From NCBI GenBank assembly GCA_951406725.2, contig OX597816.1:165664001-165728000 (forward strand): a stretch of 64,000 nt of DNA, read 5' to 3'. How positions within the stretch are numbered: the first letter of the stretch is position 1; every line of letters begins with the position of its first letter. This document shows, one piece after another, positions 26,414-39,730 of this stretch. The translations under genes and the position numbers were made by a program. The notes under the pieces are model-generated. The model was not told the origin of the DNA, made no database searches, and was given only the letters and a program-made list of their open reading frames with translations. The stretch comes from Octopus vulgaris. Lineage: Eukaryota.

Positions 26414-27240
26414 GCATCCCACTGTAAAAACCTTGCCACAACTGACCTCACCTGTGCTTGTGCCATGTAAAAAGCACTAAGTCCACTCTGCTGAGTGGTT
26501 GGTGTTAGGAAGTGCATCCCACTGTAAAAACCTTGCCAAAACAAACCTCACCTGTGCTTGTGCCATGTAAAAAGCACTAAGTCCACTCTGCTGAGTGGTT
26601 GGTGTTAGGAAGTGCATCCAGTCGTAAAAACCTTGCCACAACTGACCTCACCTGTGCTTGTGCCATGTAAAAAGCACTAAGTCCACTCTGCTGAGTGGTT
26701 GGTGTTAGGAAGGGCATCCCACTGTAAAAACCTTGCCAAAACAAACCTCACCTGTGCTTGTGCTATGTAAAAAGCAATAAGTCCACTCTGCTGAGTGGTT
26801 GGTGTTAGGAAGGGCATCCCACTGTAAAAACCTTGCCAAAACTGACCTCGCCTGTGCTTGTGCCATGTAAAAAGCACTAAGTCCACTCTGCTGAGTGGTT
26901 GGTGTTAGGAAGTGCATCCAGTCGTAAAAACCTTGCCAAAACTGACCTCGCCTGTGCTTGTGCCATGTAAAAAGCACTAAGTCCACTCTGCTGAGTGGTT
27001 GGTGTTAGGAAGTGCATCCAGTCGTAAAAACCTTGCCAAAACTGACCTCGCCTGTGCTTGTGCCATGTAAAAGCACTAAGTCCACTCTGCTGAGTGGTTG
27101 GTGTTAGGAAGTGCATCCAGTCGTAAAAACCTTGCCAAAACTGACCTCGCCTGTGCTTGTGCCATGTAAAAAGCACTAAGTCCACTCTGCTGAGTGGTTG
27201 GTGTTAGGAAGAGCATCCCACTGTAAAAACCTTGCCAAAA
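26414..27240 (+). repeat. 100-bp tandem array (about 8.3 copies) inside a family C-like retroelement
   Basis: Unit GCATCCCACTGTAAAAACCTTGCC...GGTTGGTGTTAGGAAGT repeats every 100 bp; the element tail continues to about 27325. Confidence 0.95.
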
Positions 27241-28712
27241 ATATCACAGAAGTCTGGTGCTGGCTCCATGTCAAACCGTCCAACTCATGCCAGCATGGAA
27301 GGTGGATGTTAAATGATGATGATGAATCAATAAACACACACAATGATGTAGGAAAATACAAACTTGCACACCCAAACAATTCTTTTTCTCAGAGTAAGAT
27401 TATTATTATTATTATTATTATTAATATACTATTCTGTACATTACCGAAAATGTTTATTCCTACTTATTACTTGTGTGGCTGTGAGGTTAGCAGCTTGCTT
27501 CCTAACCACATGGTTCCGAGTTCAGTCCCACTGTGTGACACTTTGGGCAAGTGCCAACTATAGGCCCAAACCAACCAAATCCTCATGAGTGGATTTGGTA
27601 AACAGAAACTGAAAGAAGCTGGTCATGTATATACCATGCAAGTATTTGTATCTTTGTGTCTGATCCCCACCACCTGAATAACAGGTGTTGGTTTGTTTAC
27701 ATATTTGTAACTGAGCAGCTCAGCAAAATGAGACCATTACAATAAGTACCAGGTTTAAAAAAAAAGCCCTGAGGTCGAATTCAACTAAAACACCTCAAGG
27801 TGGTGCCCCAGCATGGTCACAAGTAAATGAGATATATATTCTTTTATTCTTTTACTTGTTTCACTCATTTGACTTCAGCCATGCTGGAGCACTGCCTTTT
27901 GTCAAACAAATCGACCCCAGGAATTATTTTTTGTAAGCCTAGTATGTATTCTGGTGGTCCCTTTTGCTGAACTGTTAAGTTATGGGGATATAAACACACC
28001 AACATCGGTTGTCAAGTGATGGTGGGTGGGGGACAAACACAGACACATATACATACACACACACATATATATATACACATATATATATATATATATATAT
28101 GTACACACAATGGGCCTCTTTCAGTTTCCATCTCCCAAATCCACTCACAAGGCTTTGGTCAGTCCGAGGCTATAGCAGATGACACTTGTCCAAGGTGCCA
28201 TGCAGTAGGACTGAACCCGGACCCATGTGGGTGGGAAGTACCACACAGCCATTCTTGCGCATAACTTATTGACTTATTGTGGTTTAATTCTTGAAATTTT
28301 TAATTCGCAAACTATTTAAAAAAAAGAAGAAAATGTGTGGAAACTAGATTACCAGGAGATAAACACCCATAGAAATAATAATCATTCTTAAAATTTGCAA
28401 AATTTAAGTGTCTGGAGGAAACCCAGATATCTAAATATTGGAACCAGTCAAGAGAAATACATACAGTAACAAAGAAATATTAAGCTCTGTGAATCATTAT
28501 ACTTTGTGTTAAGCTAAGAAGTAGTGCACTGTACCAGAATTCTTGACTCGAGTCAAATCTAACAAACTACTCCAAATCATGGTTAGATTATCTGCATAAG
28601 CTGTAACAATGAAGTCAAACCAAATAGGGACATTTTGAAATGATTAAATATATGTTTCAGGTTTGTGTAACATATAATAGGAAATGAACTCATTATGTAA
28701 GACCTTCAACTG

Positions 28713-29070
28713 TCATCATCATCGTCGTTTAACGTCCGCTTTCCATGCTAGCATGACTTGGACGATTTGACTGAGGGCTGGCGAACCAGATCGCTGCACC
28801 AGGCTTCAATCTTGATCTGGCAGAGTTTCTACAGCTGGATGCCCTTCTTAACGCCAACCACTCCGAGAGTGTAATGGGTGCTTTTATGTGCCACTGGCAT
28901 GAGGCCAGTCAGGCGGTACTGGCAACAACCTCGCTTGAATCTTTTACACATGCCACTGGCACAGGTGCCAGTAAGGCGATGCTGGTAACGATCATGCTCA
29001 AATGGTGTCTTTTAAGTGCCACCAGCACGGAGGCCAGATAGCCACTCTGGCAACGATCACGCTCGGAGGT
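28713..29070 (-). mobile_element. Retroelement family C
   Basis: (CAT)n tail, core and subrepeats; similar to 40337-40730. Confidence 0.8.
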
Positions 29071-30728
29071 AGTAGAGTAACTTGGCAAATGTCTTCTATA
29101 GCTCCAAGCTGACCATAGGCTTGTGAGCAGATTTAGTAGATGGAAACTGGAAGAAGCCCATTGTGTGAGCATGCATGTATCATTCTCTGACATCCACTTT
29201 TCCATGCTTGTAAAGGTTGCATGTTGTTGGATTTTCTACAACAGGATGCCCTTCTTGTTTCCAACCCTCACCTGTTCCCAAGTAAGGTTATGTGCATCAT
29301 GACCAGACAGGTTTCATGAAAGACTGGAAGTGAAGGACACCGCTTGTATAACAGTGACACTCATTTACAGCTACTACACGAAGTCAAGGCAAGAAGGCAG
29401 TAACTCACACACACACGCGCACATGGCAGGCTTCTTTCTGTTTCCGTCTGCCAAATCTGCTAATAAGGGTTTGGCTGGCTTGGGCCTATAGTGGAAGACA
29501 TTTTCCCAAGGTGCCATGAAGTGGGACCGAACACATGACCATGTGGTTTGGAAGTAAACTGACCACATATCCATGCCCACACCAATCGATCTTATCTGTG
29601 TGTGTGCCTGTGGCACATAAAAAGCACTATTTGAGCGTGGTCGATGCCAGTGCCGCTTGACTGACTCCCATGCCAGTGGTACATAAAAAGTACCCACTAC
29701 ACTCTTGGAGAATTTGAACTCCGAACGTAAAGACAGGTGGAATGCTAAGCATTTTGCCCAGTGTGCTAACGATTTTGCCACCTCATCACCTTACAAATTG
29801 CTAATATATAGATATCAATACATGAATGACAAAAGAGATACATGGTCACATTTAATATGTTAAAGCCGTTTGTGCTATAACTAGTTGTGCACCCAGAGTT
29901 GAGATCCAGTGTAAAAACTACGTAAGCTTCTTCAGAGCTATTCTGTATATACATTTGCGTTAACAGAAAGATTTAGAGAAGAACCTCACAATATGGAACT
30001 GGTGTCTAGAACTGATAAAGATAAAACTAGCAAGGGCAAAAGCTTTACCTATAAAGAAAGGACAGGAAACTGCTGCAAACTGAGGAACGGCCATGATCAA
30101 TACACAGAAAAGAAGACAAGAAGAACTCGATACAGTGTACTCACTGTAAACTGTGGAGACACAAGAGGTGTAGTGAGATCAAAGATAGGCTGATAGAGAA
30201 GGAAGAGTCTGTGTAGCAGATGTCAAAGAAATGATTGAATTTAAGAGTAGCCAGGAGGTAAATGCTAACACTTTAGAATTTAAATTAGTCATAACCAGCT
30301 CAAATATGCTTCCTGCTTTAAGTTCAAACCAGCCAGATCAGTTATAAGAAAGTTTGCTGAAAACATTTTTGCAGTATTAAAACTTGTTTTAAATGACATT
30401 AAATATTTTTAAATGTTGAACATTGAAAAAAGACTTGCCTATATAATACTTTTATAAAAATCTTTTATTCTTTTTTTATATAATAAAACATCCTTTATCA
30501 TTGTCCATAGAGCAAATTTGTCTTACAGTGAATTTTCCCAACAAAGGCCAGATCTGGCTTTTCACATCTACCTACAATGTCATTTCAAAAATAATTATAT
30601 CATTTAAATCTCAAAGCTATGAGATAATGCATTATTAACACAATGTGAATAATTAGACAAAATGTTTGACAGAATAATCTAAATGCTAAAAGGTTAGATG
30701 TCAGGAATGGTCCAGAGAAGAGTAGTTG

Positions 30729-30815
30729 ATAACATCATTAATTTAAGTGACCTAATTAACATCACTAATTTAAGTGACCTAATTAACATCACTAATTTAA
30801 GTGACCTAGTTAACA
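30729..30815. repeat. 27-bp minisatellite x3
   Basis: ATTAACATCACTAATTTAAGTGACCTA repeated three times. Confidence 0.9.
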
Positions 30816-31059
30816 GTGTAGGTGGTTGCTCTGAAAGAATAGCAGCTAAATAAGTAGAGGTGGAAAAAGTTTAGGGAGAGAGTTTCACTGTCATACAAGC
30901 AATGTTGTTTGTTTCCAGTGTTCCGTGAAAAACAGGTCTGACTATACGGAAATATTACCTTTCTTGAAAACAAGCGAGAGTTGGTGACAAGGAGGGCACT
31001 GCCTGCGGAAAATCTATGATAGGTGGTAACAAAGGGATTTTTTTCCAAACAAAGAGCAG

Positions 31060-31280
31060 ATTGTATGGCACTTGTGTATAAATTGTTGAATAGGTGTAAA
31101 ATGTGGAGACTGAATATAGAGTATAAGAAGAGGTTGGAAAATAAAAACACCGAGGGGCATATGCAATGCTGGATATATAAGTTAGTGTGCCAGAAGAAAC
31201 AAAGGGAAATCTGGGAAGAAGAGAAATGAGACAGAGTGAGCAAGAGAGAAGACTGCACTGGCATGGATGTGAAAATGATG
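31060..31280 (+). mobile_element. Decayed RTE LINE ORF C-terminal fragment
   Basis: MWRLNIEYKKRLE...CWI and QERRLHWHG resemble the W..T...RLE...RW and RRLRWYGH motifs. Confidence 0.55.
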
Positions 31281-32289
31281 ATGTGTATGTTATATGGAGA
31301 TGTGGCTGTGCTGTTAGGAAGCTTGCTTCCCTACCAATTGGCCTCAGGTACTTCCCCATTGTGCAGTACCTTGGGTAATGTCTTCTATTGGAGCCTTTGT
31401 GGATTTGGTAAATGGAAACTGAATGAAGCCCAGTGTGTGAGTGCGAGCACGGTATATCATCGCCATGACATCATGTGATGGTTGTAAATGAGTTTCACTG
31501 TCATACAAGCAATGTTGTTTGTTTCCAGTGTTCTGTGAAAAACAGGTCTGACTATACGTAAAAGCACCATCCGTTCGTGTCCGTTGTCAGCCTTGCCTGG
31601 CCCCCGTGCCAGTGGCACGTAAAAGCACCATCCGTTCGTGGCCGTTTGCCAGCTCTGTCTGGCACCTGTGCAGGTGGCATGCAAAAGGCACCCACTACAC
31701 TCACGGAGTGGTTGGCGTTAGGAAGGGCATCCAGCTGTAGAAACACTGCCAGATCTGACTGGGCCTGATGAAGCCTTCCGGCTTCACAGACCCCAGTTGA
31801 ACCGTCCAACCCATACTAGCATGGAAAACGGACGCTAAATGATGATGATGATGATGATTACCTTTCTTGAAAACAAGCGAGAGTTGGTGACAAGGAGGGC
31901 ACTGGCTGCGGAAAATCTACCTCAACAAATTCTGTCTGACTCATGCCGGTATGAAAAAGTGCACATTAAATGATGATATATATAATATGGAGGTAAATCA
32001 TGATAGTCGGTGCACCAGTGTTTACATATGTGCTCAATACAATGGCAGGGCATGGTGCAACGCTTTGTGTAATGTTTATCTCAGTTGAATGGCTAACAAT
32101 ACAGGATACATTCCATTTAAGTAAGTCCAGTTCATTTTTATCCCATTATGTGCCGTGCTTGCAAAGATTTTAATTTTAACTATTTATATCATATCAAATA
32201 CACATTTAGTGTGTTGGTGTGTATAGACATATACAAAGTTTTTAGGAAGTTAACATATACATATGATGATTATATATACATAAAGGTAA

Positions 32290-32520
32290 GGCGGCGAGCT
32301 GGCAGAAATGTTAGCACGCCGGGCGAAATGCTTAGCGGTATTTCATCTGCCGTTACGTTCTGAGTTCAAATTTCGCCGAGGTCGACTTTGCCTTTCATCC
32401 GTTTGTGGTCGAAAAATAAAGTACCAGTTTCGCACTGGGGGTCAATGTAATCGACTTAATCCCTTTGTCTGTCCTTGTTTGTTCCCTCTATGTTTAGCCC
32501 CTTGTGGGTAGTAAAAGAAA
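32290..32520 (+). mobile_element. tRNA-derived SINE family B (GGCGGCGAGCTGGCAG...)
   Basis: A/B-box-like motifs and GCCTTTCATCC...AAGTACC core; full length. Confidence 0.85.
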
Positions 32521-32642
32521 TGGCAGAGTTTCTACAGCTGGATGCCCTTCCTAACGCCAACCACTCCGAGAGTAAAAAGGACCCACTACACTCTCGGAGT
32601 GGTTGGCGTTAGGAAGGGCATCCAGCTGTAGAAACTCTGCCA
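32521..32642. repeat. Perfect 53-bp inverted repeat (16-nt spacer) at the 5' end of a family C copy
   Basis: 32521-32573 is the exact reverse complement of 32590-32642. Confidence 0.95.
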
Positions 32643-32740
32643 TATCAAGACTGGAGCCTGGTGCAACCATCTGATTGCCAGCCCTCAGTCAAAACCGTCC
32701 AACCCATGCCAGCATGGAAAACGGATGTTAACTGATGATG

Positions 32741-33200
32741 TCTCAGGACAATCTGCAGTTATTCACTAAAAGACAGAGAGAGTCTAATGTCGACCTTGTT
32801 TAGCAAGTGTAAGATTGGTGGAATTGAGAGCTTCGTTATGCAGTGACAATTGCAATGGGCTGGCCATGTCATCAGAATAAGTAACAAAAGAATACCCAAA
32901 GTCCTCATGTACAACCAGCTTGATAGTGGGCACAAGAATGTTAGCTGACCATGGCTCAGATATAAAGGCCTCTCAGCAGTCAATATAGTTCACAACACCT
33001 TTGAGCAAACAGCCTTGGGGCGAACAAAATTGGGATTGTTGAGCCAAAAGGGCTAAGAGGTACAAGGCAAAGGAGAAAAGTGATTGCCAGTATATTACCT
33101 ACACTGACCTTAATCTTAATACTTACAATATGCACGAGTTTTGCAAATCACTGGCAGGACTCAAATATCACATTCAACAGATACATTATGCCCGACAAAG
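32741..33200 (+). mobile_element. Decayed RTE (BovB-like) LINE 3' fragment
   Basis: Translates GIESFVMQ*QLQWAGHVIRISNKRIPKVLMYNQLDSG...PWLRYK. Confidence 0.8.
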
Positions 33201-35134
33201 GAAGTATAGGTTGTCAGATCTTCATACTTTGAAACTGATGGGAAAGTCCATTACATAAGGTGCAGGAGTGGTCGTGTGGTAAGAAGCTTGCTTCCCAACC
33301 ACATGGTTCTAGGTTCAGCCCCACTGTGTGGAATCTTATGCAAGTGTCTTCTACTATAGCCTCGGACCAACCAAAGCCTTGTGGGTGAATTTGGTAGACA
33401 AATTGAAAGAAGTCTATTGTATATAACCAGCCCATTTATGAATACCCCTCACTCATTGGACAATAAACCTTGCGTGTTAAGACCTATTGAGGCAAGTGAA
33501 ATCAAAATCAAAATTGCTGACATTGCCAACAACAGTACCGCCTGATTGGCACTCATGCCAGTGGAATGTTAAAAGCACATTCAAGAATGGGGTGTAACCA
33601 ACCCACTTATGAGTACCCCTCATTCATTGGACAATGAACTTTACCTCAGTGAGGTCCAACGTTCAAAACAAACCTATCGAGGCAAGTGTAAACCAATCAA
33701 AATCACTGACATGTCCGATGAAAGTACTGCCTGTGGAACATTAAAAGAAGCATGTTCAAGCGTAATCATTGCCAGGGTCACAGATTGGATCCTGTGCCGG
33801 TGACACATGAAAAGCACAAATCGAGCATGATCATTGCCAGCGTCACCTTACCGGCACATGAAAAACAGCATTCGAGCGTGGTCGTTGCCAGTGCTGCCAG
33901 ACTGGCTTCCATGCAGGTAGCACGTAAAAACACCTTTTCTGCATGATCATTGCCAGTACTGCCTGACTGGCCCTCGTGCCGGTGGCAAGTAAAGCACCCA
34001 CTACACTCTCAGGGTGGTTGGCGTTAAGAAGGGTATCCAGCTGTAGAAACTTTGCTAGATCAGATTGAGCCTGGTGCAGCCTCTAGGAAATTAGCATTTA
34101 TACATACATGTGTATATATGTATGTTATATATATGTATATAGGTACATAATATTTTGCGTGTGTGTGTGTGTGTGTGTATGGAGTGAAGGCATGTAGCTT
34201 AGTGATTTGGGGTATTTGGCCCACAATTGTAAGGTCATGAGTTCCATTCTCAATGGTGCATTTAGGTCTTGAGCAAGACATTATTTCACATTGCCACAGT
34301 CCACTTTACTGGCAAAATTGAGTAGTACCTGTGTTTCAAAGGACCAGCCTTGTCACATCCTGTACCATACTGAATCATGAAGTATTCTGCTAAGGGTACA
34401 CGTCTGTAGAGTGCTCAGCCATTTGCACATTAATTTCATGAGCAGGCTGGTCCGTCAATTGGATCAACTGGAACACTCGTCATTATAACCAACAAAATAC
34501 CATTTAAATATGTGAGAGAGAGAGAGAGAAAGAAAGTGTGTGTCTGTGTGAGTGTTTATGCATGTATATGAGGTCATCATTTAATGTCTGTTTCCTGTGA
34601 TGGCTGGCTCTGCTGTCAGCTTTGGCAGGGTTTCTACAGCAGGATGCCCTTCCTAACACCAACCACTTCACAGAGCGTAGTGGGTACTTTTTAAGTGACA
34701 CCAGCAGCAGTGAGGTCACCAAATAATTTACAAGACCCCTCAACCAAGTAGGGAATAATATTGAGGGTGGTGGCTTTGTACCATATGATGGAAAGTTAAG
34801 GGGCAGAAATCGATGTCTTGTAGTAAATGCGATACATGCCTACATCTGTAGAAGAGAGATGGGAGAGAAGATGAAACTGTGAAGGTGGAAGAGACACTCA
34901 AGTTATAGGGAGGTGTTTAAGGAAAGAAGAACCAAGGACTGTATAGGGCTGATGGGTAGCAGGGAGGGAATGTGGTGATTAGCCATAGATAGGAAGTGTT
35001 AGGAGGATATATTGTGGGGAAGTCATTTGACCAGAACACATTGTGTGTAGGTACGATTGCGAGGATGAGTGTGAAAGAAGAGTAGGAGATAGAGGGAGGA
35101 GACTACAGCAAACTATATATGTGTGTGTGTATCA

Positions 35135-35302
35135 ATTTGCCTCCATGAGACCTAACACTCAAAAGGAACTCAGCCACTTTACCTCAGTGAGGTCCAACGC
35201 TCAAAATGAACTCAGCCACTTTGTCTCCATGAGGCCCAATGCTCAAAAGGAACTCGGCCACTTTGCCTCAGTGAGGCCCAACACTCAAAAGGAACTCGGC
35301 CA
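35135..35302. repeat. 42-bp minisatellite x4
   Basis: TTTGCCTCCATGAGGCCCAACGCTCAAAAGGAACTCAGCCAC-like unit; explains the periodic ORF at 35043. Confidence 0.9.
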
Positions 35303-35959
35303 CATACACACACATGTATAGGTTTGGTGATGAAAACAGGAATAGAATTCAAAACATGAGTATTCATATATTTTTTCATAAAAATCAGCAAGAGCTAAGA
35401 GTTACGTGCATTGGTGTTTAAAATGTCAACACATGAAACTTGCAGCCCTTGAGTCATTCTAATTTTAGCCAGCGATTAACACACAAACACAAACACACAA
35501 GGCATACACACATGCAGAGAGAGATAGACCCGCAGGTAAGCAGGCAGTAATACAGGCAGGCACAGACGCATATACATAAACTGACTCACACACACATACA
35601 TGCAAACACACGTACAGTACTAAAGAAACTAAACAGGCATTAGTAAACAAAAAAAAAAGAAAGCAAAACTAATCGTGTTAGCAAGATAGACACTAAAATT
35701 AACAGCTTTCCCTCCATTAGCGTCTGGTCAATGACATTCCATTTTAAAACTACTGCTGGGTCATCGAGACAAATATCTCTACCTTAAATCAGTGCAGATT
35801 TATTAACGAAGGACTGCAGATAGTTTTCAACCGGGCAGTTGCATAAAAGCAGATTGAAAGACTGGGTGGCTGGGGAGGATCACAAGCCACGCATTTAATA
35901 ATATAATGGCAGAAAAAACTTGAAGGGGAGCTTTCGTATTTGTTATCTTCTTTTCTTTC

Positions 35960-36357
35960 TTTTATCTTTTACTTGTTTCAGTCATTTGACTGCGGCCATG
36001 CTGGAGCACCGCCTTTAGTCGAGCAAATCGACCCCGGGACTTATTCTTTGTAAGCCCAGTACTTATTCTATCGGTCTCTTTTGCCGAACCGCTAAGTGAC
36101 GGGGACGTAAACACACCAGCATCGGTTGTCAAGCAATGCTAGGGGACAAACACACAAACACACACACATATATATATATATATACATATATACGACAGGC
36201 TTCTTTCAGTTTCCGTCTACCAAATCCACTCACACGGCATTGGTCGGCCCGGGGCTATAGCAGAAGACACTTGCCCAAGATGCCACGCAGTGGGACTGAA
36301 CCCGGAGCCACGTGGTTGGTTAGCAAGCTACTTACCACACAGCCACTCCTGCGCCTA
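35960..36357 (-). mobile_element. SINE family A, full-length young copy
   Basis: Complete, with CpGs intact. Confidence 0.9.
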
Positions 36358-38261
36358 TTAGTTTGTTTTTTGGTTTTTTTTCAATTTTGAACACTCTACT
36401 TGGAGTTTTTTTTCTACTAATTACTATGATAACCAGTTGGTTAAAAAAAAATTCTTCATCATCATCATCATCGTTTAACGTCCGCTTTCCATGCTAGCAT
36501 GGGTTGGACGATTTAACTGAGGGCTGGCAAACTAGATGGCCGCAACAGGCTCCACGAGACCAGCCGTGGCTGTGTGGTTAAGTTTGCTTCCCAACCATAC
36601 GGTTCCAGGTTCAGTCCCACTGTGTAGAACCCTGGGTAGGTGTCTTCTATAACAACCCCGAGTCAATCAAAGCCTTGTGAGTAAATTTGATAAATAGTAA
36701 TTGAAGGAAACCTAACATAGGCACAGGCGTGGCTGTGTGGTAAGAAGTTTGCTTTCCAATCACATTGTTCCAGGTTCAGTCCCACTGTGTGATACCTTGG
36801 ACAAGTGTTTTCTACTATAGCCTCAGGCCAACCCAAACCTTGTCAGTGGATTTGATAAATAGAAACTGAAAGAAGCCCATCGTATGTATGTACATCTGTG
36901 TTTGTTCCCCACCACTGCTTGACAACTGGTGTTGATGTGTTTATGTCTCCTGTAACTTAACGGTTCGGCAAAAGTGATCAATAAATTAAGTACCAAGGCT
37001 TAAAAAAGATATACAAGTACTGGCATTGATTTGACTAAAAATTCTTCAAGGTGGTGCCCCAGCATGGCCACACAGTCATAAAATGAACAAATCCATCATA
37101 GAAGCAGTGATCTTCATTTCTCATCTTCTATAAAAACATGTCTGGCTATGGGGAAAATATTACCATCGTTGGGAACAGGTGAGGGCAGGTGACAAGAAGA
37201 GCATCCAGCCATAGAAAATCTGTCTCAATGAATTCCATCTAACCCATGCAAGCATGGTGAAGTGGATGTTAAAAATTCTAATTTTGAAAAGGATGGGGTA
37301 AATTAATTACACTTGGCTGGTATTTTATTTCATTTACCCTGAAAGAATGGAAAACAAAGTTGACCTCAGCACAATTTGAACTCAGATCAAGCTGGTGAAA
37401 AAAAACAGCTAAGCATTTTGTTTCACACTTAGATGCTAACATTCATATAAGAAAATGAATACCTCTGCCCATTTAATTGGATATCATACAAGCTGTGACC
37501 TTTCCCTCGTATTGATATATATCAAATAGTCCTTACAAGACATAAAACAACACATTCATAAGAAGATCGCATTTCTTGATTATACTGACCCTAATATGAC
37601 ATTGTAGTCATGGTCAACGCCAGTGTCATCTCAGTGGCACCCATGCTAGTGGTACGTAAAAAGCACCATTCAGGCATTGGGCCTCACAGGGGCAATGACA
37701 GGTGACCATTGGTGATATACTGTGCTTGTGTTGACCTCTCGAGCCAAATGAGACCGTAGTCGTGGCCAATGCTGGTGTCAGATCAATAGCACCTGTGCCA
37801 GTGGCACATAAAATGCATGCACTACACTCTCGGAGTGGTTGGTGTTAGGAAGAGCATACAGCTGTAGAAACCTTGCCAAATCAGATTGGAACCAGGTGCA
37901 GCCCCACTGGCTTACCAGTTTTCAGACAAACCATCCAACCCATGCCAACATAGAAAGCAGATGTTAAACAATGATGATGATTGGTCCCAAAGTGAAGTAA
38001 AGGCTAAGTCAATAGGTGCTGAATGCAAAATTTGACCATAAACAGGTGTAGCTAAACACCTCAAGTCATTCTATCTATGGCACTCAACCATCCAAGATGA
38101 ATCTAAAAGATTCCTTTCTTAAAGTGACACAAGATCTACAGTTAATCCACTAGGCTTATCCCATCAGTTCAGGCAGGATAAAACACAATTCTGTCCTTAG
38201 TTGGATTTTAACTCATCACAAGTATGATAAACATTGATATCTCACAACAGAATCTGTTTTT

Positions 38262-38702
38262 CCTTTTGATACTAACCCACCTGGTGCCACACCTGGTTCT
38301 ATAATACAAACGTCCTGTTTTAAAGCTATCCAAATTAAAACCTTCCATAAAAAATTTCATGGTAATTTACATTCCAAACACCACCCTTTCATTACCAACC
38401 CGGCTGAAACCACCTCTGGCTCTGTAGTACAAATGTCTTGTTTTCATAAGTTTTGAATTAAAATCTTCCACCAAACCTTAGTCATAATTTATGTTCCTAA
38501 AACTAGCTGAATGATAAACTAAGTTATTTTTCTAAATTCTTTTGTTATAGTTAAAGTAACTGAAAGAAACACAGAGCATCTCAAAATAAATATAGTAATG
38601 AAAGGGTTCATAATGTCAGAGTCATTTAACTAAATCCTTCATTATTTTCAAAATTTATTGAAACTAAGTCTATCAATAGGAATACAGTAACAAAATGGTT
38701 AA
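38262..38702. mobile_element. Nested TTAA MITEs: younger copy 38384-38606 inside an older relative
   Basis: Inner perfect TIR CCCTTTCATTAC/GTAATGAAAGGG; the outer diverged copy continues on both sides. Confidence 0.75.
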
Positions 38703-39693
38703 GAGAAATATATGAAAAATGAATTTGACAGTTTTCGTTTGTTCATCAAATGACCAAAATGATACTTGTGCATTCTAACTGCCATTCCTCTATTCTATTG
38801 TCTCATATTGACGTTGTATCTGGACCTCTCTCTCACCTTCCAGATGAGCAAGCCATGAATTCACCTGTTCAGTAATATAGTGCTCTTCTCCCTCTATCAG
38901 ATTTTTATTTCTCAGTGGAGAGGGGGGGGGTCTTCTCTTGTAGGTACTTGGCAACCTCAGTGGTACTGGTACCAATATAAAAAAAACACAGTATATTGGG
39001 CATCCAGCTGTAGAAATTATGCCAAAACAGGTATAGACCCTGGCAGAAAACCTCTGGCTTGTTTCTTGTCATCAAGCAAACCAACCCATGCCAACATGAG
39101 AAAACAGGATGTTAAACTATGATGATGATGTGAGGAGACATCCTCACGCTTTTTCCATATAAATGATGATGATGATGATGATCAATAACTTAGAATATGT
39201 TCATATTCTTATTTAACTCACAATGAGATTTTGTAATATGCAAATTTCAGCACAAATATGCAAATCAGGCCACCCACTACTGTTGTAGCTTAATTTATGA
39301 TTGCTTTATATAGCAGCCGATCTATGCTATAGATTGGGGAAGGAAGACGAGTTTGTCTTCTCTGAGGATTGGTCAACAAACAATAAAACAGCCTGCCAGG
39401 GGCCTCTGAAAAAACAGGAGTCAACACATCAATAGCATATTTTATTTAACCCACAATGAGGATTCTGTCTTGTGCATGTATATACAAACAGAGAGAGAGA
39501 TCTCCCATATGCTCCACAGTTAAAGATGAGCATATTCTCCCTCTTAAATCATCTTTAAACATGGATACTTCTGCCCTTCCTCCCCTCTTAATCCTCGCCC
39601 AAATAGAACAACATTACTATATGGCTACTTACCCCTCAACCATTTTTGTTTTTCCTCTCATCCACTCTTCCTCTTCCCACTATGCTTTTCCCA

Positions 39694-39730
39694 TTTTCCT
39701 GATGAAGGGCTAATGTCCAAAACATTAAAG
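39694..39730 (+). pseudogene. Decayed minimal hammerhead (PLE remnant)
   Basis: TTTC-CTGATGA-AGGGC(taat)GTCC-AAAACATTAAAG; consistent with an ancestral CCGAAACGTT after CpG-to-CpA decay. Confidence 0.55.

Noticed and set aside
26314-27379. Repetitive ORFs (MDLVLFTWHKHRRGQFWQGF...) and CRISPR-like periodicity
   Set aside because: Products of a 100-bp tandem unit (not a multiple of 3) derived from a retroelement; no unique spacers and no cas genes
29960-30240. ORF 29993-30193 and a minus-strand acceptor at about 30047
   Set aside because: The region resembles a decayed LINE 3' end; no recognisable host protein
38836-38863. Possible minus-strand exon 2 (VNSWLAHLE) in phase with the 48.8-kb exon
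   Set aside because: The acceptor lacks a polypyrimidine tract, and 28 nt is too short to support by eye
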